A stretch of 64,000 bases of DNA, from assembly GCA_045863335.1 (NCBI GenBank), contig BTVY01000017.1, positions 32,001 through 96,000 on the forward strand, read 5' to 3'. The translations under genes were made by a program, and so were the position numbers. The stretch's first letter is position 1. Each line of letters begins with the position of its first letter. Positions 12,643 to 21,209 of the stretch are shown here, piece by piece. This DNA comes from Candidatus Hydrogenedentota bacterium (lineage in GTDB: Bacteria > Hydrogenedentota > Hydrogenedentia > Hydrogenedentales > SLHB01). Under the pieces are notes generated by a model that was not told the DNA's origin, searched no databases, and worked only from the letters and a program-made list of their open reading frames with translations.

Positions 12643-14100
12643 TCAGACCGTTTCCACGTCCGAGTTCCGGCCGGCTTCATCGACCAGCGTGACCGACTTG
12701 TACCGGCAGAAGCGCTCCAAATCCTGCCGGACGTCGCCGTAACACGTGACACGGTGCAGACCGCTCGACCAATTGCGCCACAGCGTTCGGATGTCGCCAT
12801 CCACCGCAACTTCGATCTTCGTGCGGCATCCGCGCTCCGTTTCCGGCGTGTCGATGATCGTGCCCGTGAAATACTGGATGCGGTCGGCCCCCACGAGGAT
12901 CGCCTGCGTGACCGGCTGGTTCTTGTCCATGTACACCTGCGTCACCGCGCCTTCCTGCCGCTCCATGATCGTGCGGATGCGGTATGGGCACGCCTTGCCG
13001 TCGGGCCCGTCCATGCGGGTGGATCCGAGGCAATGGGCGAGGATGATGCTGTCCCGCGACTCGTCCACGGTCGGATCGCTGATGAATCCTGGTTTTCCGG
13101 TCAGCCCTTGCAGCATGACAAAGGTCATGGCGCTGGCCAGATCCGATTCGCAGATCCCGGCGAGGCCCATATCGTTGAGCCGCGTGAATCCGATGCACGG
13201 GAAAGCGGGCAACTGCCGGTACATGGAGCCATAGCAGTCGACCGTCATCACCGTCGCGTTTGCCTCGTTCAACAGGTTCTCGAAGGCCAGCGCCAGGCGG
13301 CACGATCGGACGATCTCGTCCTTCGGCGGTTCCACCACCTCACGCGCATTGCCGATCCAACGGCCGGCTTCATTCGCCGCGTCAGACTCGGTCACGGCTT
13401 CGTACGCCGCGAGCATGCGATCGCGATCGACAACTTCGATGGTCGTTCCGAATCGGTCGGCAATAGATTGGAGGTAGTCGGCCTTCAACTCGCGGCTGGT
13501 GACGTTGAGGATCTTCGCTTCGCGCAGGTGATGAATGGCGCGGAACGGGCGCACTGCCGTCGCGAGTTCGTCAAAGTCGCTGGTGAGCGAGCATTCGAAC
13601 AAAGCGCCTTCGGGTTGTTCGCGGAGCTGGCCCATGCGCGTCCACTCGTGCCCCGAGTATGGAGCCGCGAACAAGAAGGTCGGCCGTCCCGCCGTCAGGA
13701 TGTCCCGAACCCACTCATGGACGCCCATCGACAGATGGATACACAACACGCCATCGGCCTCGGCAAGCTGCGGAACGATGGCCTGCACTTCCTCGCGCGA
13801 CGTGATGATCGTATCCGGCACGAATTCCACATCCGCGAATGCGTCGGCCCGCTTGTCGAACTCGGCCTGGTACCGCAGCGCCTCCGCGTTCAGGTCCATG
13901 GATGGCGTCGGCCAATGGGCCTGTGGCACCCCCAAATACAACCGGGCCACCTTCACCTTCGACCCGCGACACCCGGGACTCACCAGCCCCGGATAGAGAT
14001 TCGATTCGTTGCCCAAGGACGGCATGGCCGGCGCCAGATACAGCACCGCCCCCGCGCCCGCCAGTTGAAGGAATTGCCTGCGTTGAATCCCGCGACCCAT
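12643..14100 (-). CDS. Tat-exported L-fucose/L-arabinose isomerase-fold protein
   Basis: RRQFLQ signal; FPCIG, ICESDL, ILAHC, GCRTK and LHRV motifs of the FucI/AraA-like superfamily. Confidence 0.7.
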   Translation of the reverse strand: MGRGIQRRQFLQLAGAGAVLYLAPAMPSLGNESNLYPGLVSPGCRGSKVKVARLYLGVPQAHWPTPSMDLNAEALRYQAEFDKRADAFADVEFVPDTIITSREEVQAIVPQLAEADGVLCIHLSMGVHEWVRDILTAGRPTFLFAAPYSGHEWTRMGQLREQPEGALFECSLTSDFDELATAVRPFRAIHHLREAKILNVTSRELKADYLQSIADRFGTTIEVVDRDRMLAAYEAVTESDAANEAGRWIGNAREVVEPPKDEIVRSCRLALAFENLLNEANATVMTVDCYGSMYRQLPAFPCIGFTRLNDMGLAGICESDLASAMTFVMLQGLTGKPGFISDPTVDESRDSIILAHCLGSTRMDGPDGKACPYRIRTIMERQEGAVTQVYMDKNQPVTQAILVGADRIQYFTGTIIDTPETERGCRTKIEVAVDGDIRTLWRNWSSGLHRVTCYGDVRQDLERFCRYKSVTLVDEAGRNSDVETV

Positions 14101-14297
14101 AGTCCACCCCCTTGACGCGGCATACACCGCCCCTCGAACGAGGTGCAATCACCGCGCCGCTACGAGTACGTGCCCCCACCCATCAGCATACGGCGAAACG
14201 GCGGGTGTGTAAAGCGCCGCATTTGTGTCCACGGGCACCAGGGGCGTAGCATACCCCGTGGCGGTCCCGACCACGGGCAGACCACAAGGGGGAAACC

Positions 14298-15602
14298 ATG
14301 AATACATCTACACGACGGGATTTCCTGCGCGACACGGCCCGCGCGGGCGCGGCATCAGTGGCATTCGGCATGGCGGCGGGTTCGGCGCGGGCCTTCGGCG
14401 CGAACGAACGCGTGCGCGTCGGGATCGTCGGTTGCGGCGGAATGGGCATCGGCGACCTCGCGACCTTCCTGCGCAATCCGGAAGTCGATTGTCCTGTCGT
14501 ATGCGACGTGGACGATGCGCGAATCGCGAAGGCAGTCGAGTTGGTCGAAGGCCAACGCAACAAAAAGCCCGACACGGTGAAGGATTTCAGGCGCGTCATC
14601 GATCGCGACGATGTGGACGTGGTCCTCGTGGTGACGCCAGACCATTGGCACGCCTTGCCCACCATCTACGCCTGCCAGGCCGGCAAGGATGTCTATTGCG
14701 AGAAGCCTCTCGCCACGACCATCCAGGAAGGCCGCGCCATGGTCGAAGCCGTCAAGCAGAACAACCGCGTGTTGCAGATGGGCACCCAATGGCGCAGCGG
14801 CGAACACTACCGCGCGGCCATCGAGTTCGTGCAGTCCGGTAAGCTCGGCGGTATCCGCATGGTGCGCGTGTGGGCCTACCTCGACTGGGTGGGCGGCATC
14901 GGCAATCCGCCCGACGGCGATCCGCCGCCCGGAGTCGACTACGACATGTGGCTCGGTCCCACGCCGAAACGGCCCTTCAATCCCAACCGGTTCCACTTCA
15001 ATTTTCGCTGGTTCTGGGACTACGCAGGCGGTCTCATGACCGACTGGGGCGTGCACCTCATCAACATTGCCTTCTGGGGCATGGGCACCGAATGGCCGCG
15101 ATCCGTTTACTCCTCCGGCGGCAAACGCGTCATCGACGACAATGCCGAGACGCCGGACACGCAGATCACCGTCTTTGACTTTCCCAGCTACACCATGATC
15201 TTCGAACACCAGATGGTCGGCGGCGTCGGCATCGGCGGGCGGCCCCACGGCATCCTCTTCAGCGGCACCGAAGGGACCCTCGTCATCGACGAACAGGGCT
15301 GGGAAGTGATCCCCGAGCCGAAGAAGAACTCGCTGGAACCCTTGAAGACCGGACCCGGCCCCGACGCGCGGCCCGCGCACGTGCGCAACTTTCTCGATTG
15401 CGTCAAAAGCCGCGAACTGCCGGTCGAACACGTCGAACTCGGGCACTTCGTGTCCACCGTCGCCCACCTCGGTAACCTGGCCCTTCGCACCCAAAGCCAG
15501 ATCGACTGGGACCCCGAAACCGAATCCGCCAAAGGCAACCGCGCCGCAGACGAATTGATCCAAGCCCATTACCGGAAACCGTGGAAACTGCCGTACACGT
15601 GA
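14298..15602 (+). CDS. Gfo/Idh/MocA family oxidoreductase (Tat)
   Basis: TRRDFL, GIVGCGGMG, TPDHWH, DVYCEKP, DWGVHL. Confidence 0.95.
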   Translation: MNTSTRRDFLRDTARAGAASVAFGMAAGSARAFGANERVRVGIVGCGGMGIGDLATFLRNPEVDCPVVCDVDDARIAKAVELVEGQRNKKPDTVKDFRRVIDRDDVDVVLVVTPDHWHALPTIYACQAGKDVYCEKPLATTIQEGRAMVEAVKQNNRVLQMGTQWRSGEHYRAAIEFVQSGKLGGIRMVRVWAYLDWVGGIGNPPDGDPPPGVDYDMWLGPTPKRPFNPNRFHFNFRWFWDYAGGLMTDWGVHLINIAFWGMGTEWPRSVYSSGGKRVIDDNAETPDTQITVFDFPSYTMIFEHQMVGGVGIGGRPHGILFSGTEGTLVIDEQGWEVIPEPKKNSLEPLKTGPGPDARPAHVRNFLDCVKSRELPVEHVELGHFVSTVAHLGNLALRTQSQIDWDPETESAKGNRAADELIQAHYRKPWKLPYT

Positions 15603-15643
15603 TAGCAGCCGAAGCCCAATTGAAAGGCCGAACACGTTGAAAT

Positions 15644-15666
15644 GTAGCGCAGGCGTCCTCGCCTGC
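15644..15666 (+). repeat. Single REP-like element (GTAG + hairpin)
   Basis: GTAG-C-GCAGGCG-TCCT-CGCCTGC downstream of the oxidoreductase stop codon. Confidence 0.55.
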
Positions 15667-15845
15667 AACTAAAGGGGAGAAGCGAAGTCGAGCGTAGACT
15701 TTTCCGTACAATTTGCTGTGAATCCGGCAAGATCGAACGAGGCACTCCGGACGGGGTATCCGTTATTTGAAATAGAGACACAAGGACTTACGTGACCTGG
15801 CAAAAGAGGCGAAGCCAACGCGCAACACAAAGTCGCGTGCGCAAT

Positions 15846-15874
15846 TTGACTTCGCATCATCCAAGTCGTAAAAT
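15846..15874 (+). promoter_or_regulatory. Sigma70-type promoter of the tRNA gene
   Basis: TTGACT-17 nt-TAAAAT, 17 nt upstream of the tRNA. Confidence 0.8.
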
Positions 15875-15891
15875 ACCTCTTCGATAGTTGA

Positions 15892-15969
<78 letters not shown>

Positions 15970-15978
15970 TGAATTCCA

Positions 15979-16010
15979 AGGACTTACGCAGCAGCGTAAG
16001 TCCTCTTTTT
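15979..16010 (+). terminator. Intrinsic terminator after the tRNA (island-supplied)
   Basis: AGGACTTACGC-AGCA-GCGTAAGTCCT followed by CTTTTT. Confidence 0.8.
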
Positions 16011-16024
16011 GTGTCCGGACCCCC

Positions 16025-16052
16025 GAGATGTGGCACTTTGTGTGCCACTTTT
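16025..16052 (+). repeat. 28-bp island-end repeat, copy 1 (putative integrase arm site)
   Basis: GAGATGTGGCACTTTGTGTGCCACTTTT, identical to 41377-41404; contains the inverted repeat GTGGCAC-N5-GTGCCAC. Confidence 0.85.
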
Positions 16053-16206
16053 TTCGGTAAACATGTTCCCCATGTGGACTTGTAATGCCTCCCGGATCGC
16101 AAAAGGAGCGCTGCCCCGCGGTCGTGCCCGTGCGCATTGCCGCGTCCGCGCCGGTCTATCCGATTGGGACTTACCGCCAACCACGCCACCGAAAAGGAGC
16201 ATGGGT

Positions 16207-16390
16207 ATGGCCAGCCTCAATTCGTATCTGAAGAAACGCGGACGCACGTACTACCTCCACTACTTCGAGAACGGCGTGCGCCAGCGCCTCAGTCTCGGCA
16301 CGGAGGACGTACAGGTCGCCAAGGAGAAGCAGCGCGTCTTTGACTCGACCCGAGTCCGGGGCGAGGACAATCCGCTGCCCACCCAGACGC
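16207..16390 (+). pseudogene. Tyrosine recombinase/integrase, N-terminal arm-binding fragment only
   Basis: AAGGAG RBS; MASLNSYLKKRGRTYYLHYFENGVRQRLSLGTEDVQVAKEK...PLPTQT; no catalytic domain follows. Confidence 0.72.
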
Positions 16391-16760
16391 TCATCGGTAT
16401 AGATGGCCTGGTAGACGGCCTCGTGGCTGATGCGCATGCTCGGGTCGTCCGGGTATTCCAGGGGCAGGCTGTTGGCCACCTGCTCGGGCGTCCACCGGCT
16501 GGTGATTCGCTCAATGACGTGGTTCCAAAGGTGCCGATTCTGGAGTTTCTTTCTGGGCCGGCACGCTTTACGGCGTTGTTCATACCGCTGCTGGCCGGAT
16601 TGCGCCGTGTAGCCATTGCGGTTGCTATTGCGCCGAAGTTCCCGGGAAACCGTGCTGTGGGACCGGTTCAGAATCCGAGCAATGGCCCGGGTCCCAAATC
16701 CTGCTTCCAAAGGGCTTCTATCTGGCCACGTTCCATTGGTGTAAGATGATGAGAAGGTAT
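16385..16760 (-). pseudogene. IS30-family transposase fragment (N-terminal HTH only)
   Basis: AGGAG RBS followed by ATA (decayed start), HHLTPMERGQIEAL, a frameshift, then RAIARILNRSHSTVSRELRRN...WTPEQVA...ISHEAVYQAIY; no DDE domain. Confidence 0.85.
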
Positions 16761-17016
16761 CGAGACTCCTTTCGGCTGTTGTTTGGCAAAACCACTGTAC
16801 CGAATTGACGCCTCGATGCCTTCCTCTTTCTCTTCTCGCCTCTTCTCGCTCCAAACTCTCCAACAGGAAAAGGGCCGCCCTTACCCTCTGTCACTCGTTC
16901 GTCGCCAATTCAGGTGAGCGACGAACGGCTCCGACGGGAAAGGGCTCAGGCCACTCCCTTCTCCAAAACTCTCCTCTGGTGCGTTTAGAATATGAATGCG
17001 CGTACGAGTTAGCGTA

Positions 17017-17046
17017 TTGACAAAACTGAGCAACTTGCTCTATTCT
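17017..17046 (+). promoter_or_regulatory. Sigma70-type promoter of the left island operon, with palindrome
   Basis: TTGACA-18 nt-TATTCT; the spacer contains GAGCAA-C-TTGCTC. Confidence 0.55.
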
Positions 17047-17202
17047 CTGAACGGGGTCAATCAGTGAATTCTGCAAGAAGCGCGTCTTGGGTGAAACCGG
17101 TTTCTTTCTTGGCTGCTTAGTTACCGGATCAAACGAAGTGTGGCTGGCCGTGGTGCGCTGCGCGTACCTCGCGTCGCCGTATCATGTGTGGGAGGGACCA
17201 GC

Positions 17203-18963
17203 GTGCTTTGCAAGGCTCTAAATCGTTTTGTTTCAGTTTTGTTGTGCATATCCATGGTGGTCATCTCACCTGGTTGTGCCGGAATCCAGCAGGTCGCGCC
17301 ACCCACGTCAAAACAAGCCGTTCTTGAAATGGAACTCCAGGAAGCGGAGGAGATCCGGGCGGACAAGAAGCGGGCGCAGGATATCATCGATCAGCAGTTG
17401 CGAATCGCATCGATGGCGCTGGATGCGGGCGACCCGGTTCTGGCGCGAGAGACCTTGGTTGACGCTACGGGTTGGATGGCGGCAAACAATGCCACGCCCG
17501 AAGACTTTGATGAACGAGCAGACCGCGCCACACGGATGATTGGCGGCGAAGAGCGCGACAAATACTTCCTCGGCGATCCCTACGAACAATTCGCTGCCTA
17601 CTTTCTCTTAGGTGTCCTGGACTTTCAAGCCGGCGACTACGAGAACGCCGCATCGTCATTCCGAAGTGCTTCGCTATCCGATACCTTGTCCCGTCAACCC
17701 GGATACCAATCCGACAGCTATCTCGCGTTCCTCCTGGAAGGCGTCAGCCAGCGCATGGCGGGAAACAGTGCGGCCGCGGAAGAAGCATTCCGGCTCGCGG
17801 CCAATGCCCACGGATTCCGGCAACGCATGCCCTTGGTGGCTCAGGCGATGTATCTTGGCGGCTACCACTATCTGGAAGCGCGCAAAGCCGAAGGTGGGGA
17901 CGAAAAAGAAACTGATGCCCGCTTTGACGTGGTGTTTCCGCTGGTCTTCAACCACTTGCCTCTTGCCACAGCATTGGGTAAAGACGATCTCGCGACCGTC
18001 ATTCAGCAAGCGGCCGATAGCGCGAGCGGCGCGCTTGATGCCGAGGAATTTGAGAAAGACTCGATCGAGGAAAGCGTCGCGAAAGAGTACAAGAAGGAAC
18101 TGCCTGCGGCCAAGGCGGACATTCAGGCAATTTGCGATCAGGCAGTTACCGCGTTGACGCCCGAGATGCTTGCTGCACTGGACGCAGCTGAAACCTACTT
18201 CTCCAAACTGGTCGACGAGTGCCGGAACCCGCTTACCAATACCTTTGTCATTCAGCAAACCGGAAATGCGCCGTACAAGATCCGTATGGGCGCATATGGC
18301 GAAGCGCTGCAGTTTCGTTCAGTGCCCAATCCCGTGGATCGTGCGCTGATCGCGCTCCGGCCCAGTGACGGGGCGGCATCCCAGGGGGAACGAGTCCTGC
18401 TCGCCGCGAACGGAGATTCCCTCGATTACCAGGCGCGCACGCGCGGGGGCCGCGAGATGGATCACATCTTGAAGGGAAAGGCGCAGTTCAAAGATGCCAT
18501 GTCCGTGTCGAATAACTTGGCGGCATGGGGCGGCACCGTAGCAACCACGATCGCACTAGCGCAAGCGATGACCGTTGTGACGACGGTGACGACAACAACC
18601 ACCTACACCGTCTCCTCGACGGGGGCGGTCACCGCGACGACCACGACCACGACCAGTTCTGGCATGGCCGGTTTTGGCGCCGCCGGTACGGCACTGGGAG
18701 TTGCGGCAGCCATGTACGGCATCTATGTCGTGACGATGGTGATTATGGACAGTCTGCATCCGGAAGGCGATGTCCGCGGATGGCACGAATTGCCGGACCG
18801 CTATTACTTTGCCTGCGACTCACTCGCGCCCGGCAGCTATGAGATCGAGTCCAATTACTTCGATAAGCTCGGCCAGCCGCTCGACGAAAAGACGGAGCGA
18901 TACCGCTTCACCGTAGACGGCGAGCGTCCGGCTTTGCTGTATTTGGGGACCCCATGGAGTTGA
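17203..18963 (+). CDS. TPR-containing lipoprotein, COG3014-like
   Basis: GGAGG RBS + GTG; SPGC lipobox-like motif; YFLGDPYEQ, RGGREMDHILKGKAQFK and GDVRGWHELP (compare ADTRxWxxLP); context with LpoB/YcfL. Confidence 0.65.
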   Translation: MLCKALNRFVSVLLCISMVVISPGCAGIQQVAPPTSKQAVLEMELQEAEEIRADKKRAQDIIDQQLRIASMALDAGDPVLARETLVDATGWMAANNATPEDFDERADRATRMIGGEERDKYFLGDPYEQFAAYFLLGVLDFQAGDYENAASSFRSASLSDTLSRQPGYQSDSYLAFLLEGVSQRMAGNSAAAEEAFRLAANAHGFRQRMPLVAQAMYLGGYHYLEARKAEGGDEKETDARFDVVFPLVFNHLPLATALGKDDLATVIQQAADSASGALDAEEFEKDSIEESVAKEYKKELPAAKADIQAICDQAVTALTPEMLAALDAAETYFSKLVDECRNPLTNTFVIQQTGNAPYKIRMGAYGEALQFRSVPNPVDRALIALRPSDGAASQGERVLLAANGDSLDYQARTRGGREMDHILKGKAQFKDAMSVSNNLAAWGGTVATTIALAQAMTVVTTVTTTTTYTVSSTGAVTATTTTTTSSGMAGFGAAGTALGVAAAMYGIYVVTMVIMDSLHPEGDVRGWHELPDRYYFACDSLAPGSYEIESNYFDKLGQPLDEKTERYRFTVDGERPALLYLGTPWS

Positions 18964-19007
18964 GTGGCTCGAACGCGCGACTGGAAATGGAGGCTGAGGA
19001 GATCGCA

Positions 19008-20060
19008 ATGAAACATGAGATTTGGCTATGGTGCGGCGCGCGCGCCTTTCGTCGGATGCATTTTGTATTGGCAGGAGTACTCGTCCTTACGGCGGCAAGC
19101 GGTTGCGCGACGACACGGCAGATTAGCAAGGCAGAAAAAGCATACGAGGCCGGCAACCACCAAGCGGTCCTGGAAAACTTCGAAGAGGTCATTGACACGA
19201 AACCGGAGGTGCTGAACCGGGGCCACCGGCAAGATGAGGTCGCCCACTACCGGGACAGCCAAATCGCGTATGGATTCGACCAGGCAAAACAGGCGGAGGC
19301 CCAGGGCGAACTTGTCCATGCCTGGATTTGGTACATCCAGACGTCGGCGGTGGACGGGGAGCGCGAGGAATGCAAGCAGGCGTTGGACGAAGCAAAACGC
19401 GTGAAGCAGGCCATCGCAGATCGCTACATGGAAGAGGCGTCGAACGCCCTCGCTCGTGGGGCCAGAGTGGAAGCCGCGACCGCCGCCAGCCAAAGTGTAT
19501 GGTACGGCAACGATGCCGCCCGCGATCTGTTCCGAGAAGCCTCCCAAAGCCAGGAATTGCCGCCTTGGTTTGAGGGAGATATCACGAATGCCGACGTCCA
19601 GGGTGTCGTGCGGACCGACAGCATCGAGCGATTCCAGATTCGCGAAGTATTTGCGCCGTACGGTATCCCGGTGTATTTCGGCGAACCGCCCCGCTACTAC
19701 GTATCCATGGGTGAAATGAAGGTTGAAGGCACGCACTACACGAGAGAGGCCCCCGCGGAGTTTGCCCAATACGATGCTCTTTTCAAGATGAGCCGCAAGG
19801 CCAAGAAGAAAGGCGCTGACGCGATTATCAACGTGCAGTTCTGGACGAAGCGCAAAAAGCCATTCACACGGGGCGAGTTTGTCAAGTTTGCCGTGCTTCC
19901 GGAAGACAACGGCGATACAAAAGAAGCGATCACGCGTATCGGCGACGGCGGCCTGCCCGTGGAATCGATTGTCGCTGCCTTCGCCGGTTCGGCCGGCGCC
20001 GAATCGGCCGCTGAAGCGGATGCTTCATCTGGAATTACCGTGTCGGAGGCATCGCAATGA
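19008..20060 (+). CDS. Lipoprotein with TPR-like helices and a C-terminal YbjQ-like (GADAIINV) module
   Basis: AASGC lipobox; helical repeats; KAKKKGADAIINVQF. Confidence 0.6.
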   Translation: MKHEIWLWCGARAFRRMHFVLAGVLVLTAASGCATTRQISKAEKAYEAGNHQAVLENFEEVIDTKPEVLNRGHRQDEVAHYRDSQIAYGFDQAKQAEAQGELVHAWIWYIQTSAVDGEREECKQALDEAKRVKQAIADRYMEEASNALARGARVEAATAASQSVWYGNDAARDLFREASQSQELPPWFEGDITNADVQGVVRTDSIERFQIREVFAPYGIPVYFGEPPRYYVSMGEMKVEGTHYTREAPAEFAQYDALFKMSRKAKKKGADAIINVQFWTKRKKPFTRGEFVKFAVLPEDNGDTKEAITRIGDGGLPVESIVAAFAGSAGAESAAEADASSGITVSEASQ

Positions 20061-20716
20061 TTCGCATAGCTTTGTTCAGTCCCGGAAGCTGTCGTTCGGT
20101 TTTGATGCTGTCCGGGCTACTGGTCCTGGCGCTGGGTTGTGCGTCGGGCGGCGGGACGGCGACTCCGGCTGCTCCGCAATCCTCGAAGTACCAAGACGTG
20201 GATCGGGATTCGGGCCTTCGCGTTACCGAGATCGAAGCCCAAGACATTTCCGCCGCGGCACAACACTTCGTACGAAGCATGCTGGCAGATGACGATGTCA
20301 TGGGGTACGGCAGCGCTCCACACGTGGTGATGGAAGCGGAAGATTTTGTTGTGAATGTATCCGGGCGGCTCAACAAGGAAATGCTCATTTCTCGCCTTCG
20401 AGGTGTCATGGATCAGGAAGCAAAAGGACAGATGATTCTAGTGACACGGGAACAAATGGACCGAATTCTCAAAGAGGCCGAACTCGAACGGCAAGGGCTT
20501 GTCGGCAGTGGAACGCTGCCACGCGCAACGCGAATGTTGGGTTCGGACTTCCTGCTGCGCGGACGTATCGAGGACCACGATACGACGGACGGAACGGCCG
20601 TCGAGAAATTTACCCAGATTTCTATCGAACTCTACGACAAATCAAGTGCGCAAATCGTTTTCAGCGATTTCTACGATTTCAAGAAAAGAGCCGCGATACA
20701 TCCCGCGAATCGATAG
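20057..20716 (+). CDS. LpoB/CsgG-like lipoprotein
   Basis: LALGC lipobox; IEAQDISAAAQHFVRSML and LGSDFLLRGRIED...QISIELYDKSSAQIVFSD match the LpoB pattern. Confidence 0.75.
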   Translation: MIRIALFSPGSCRSVLMLSGLLVLALGCASGGGTATPAAPQSSKYQDVDRDSGLRVTEIEAQDISAAAQHFVRSMLADDDVMGYGSAPHVVMEAEDFVVNVSGRLNKEMLISRLRGVMDQEAKGQMILVTREQMDRILKEAELERQGLVGSGTLPRATRMLGSDFLLRGRIEDHDTTDGTAVEKFTQISIELYDKSSAQIVFSDFYDFKKRAAIHPANR

Positions 20717-20742
20717 CGCCGCACGATGACCTGGAGTTAGCC

Positions 20743-21198
20743 ATGCGAAATTGTCAGTCGGTAGTAAGGTTTCTGATCGTCCCCGTCCTCGTTGTCGGCG
20801 GCCTGTTCGGCTGCCGTTCGACGCCGGACGACGCGAAGGTGCGACAGGAAGCGACCGGTGCGCCGCTTTACGTCGAGCACCCGGCTGTCCAAATTCGCCT
20901 TAACAGCGTTGGCTTCCTGCAACCGTACCTGAACAAGGTCGTGGCCGTGGAACAAACCGGCGCGGACCGCACGGACACAAACTCGTTGCAAGCCTATGCC
21001 GTATTGCGCAATCGAACGGGACAGAACGTCGCCCTGCAAGCGCGAACCCAGTTCTTCTCGACCGAGCGAATACCGTCCGAGGGGCCGGGTGAATGGCGGT
21101 CTGTATTTCTGTCGCCACGATCGGTCGAAACCGTTCGGATGAACTCCATTGGAAAAGACCATGCATACTACTACATCGAAATCCAGGAACATCCATGA
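20743..21198 (+). CDS. YcfL (DUF1425)-like lipoprotein
   Basis: LFGC lipobox; LRNRTGQNVALQARTQFF...WRSVFLSPRS; adjacent to the LpoB-like gene. Confidence 0.75.
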   Translation: MRNCQSVVRFLIVPVLVVGGLFGCRSTPDDAKVRQEATGAPLYVEHPAVQIRLNSVGFLQPYLNKVVAVEQTGADRTDTNSLQAYAVLRNRTGQNVALQARTQFFSTERIPSEGPGEWRSVFLSPRSVETVRMNSIGKDHAYYYIEIQEHP

Positions 21199-21209
21199 GG
21201 TGCCGCGCC

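Noticed and set aside
16009-16863. ORFs 16009-16749 (+) and 16171-16863 (-) as real genes
   Set aside because: Both are chimeric read-throughs of the integrase fragment and the antisense IS30 fragment.
16790-16930. IS30 terminal inverted repeat
   Set aside because: The partner end is deleted, so no inverted repeat pair can be demonstrated.
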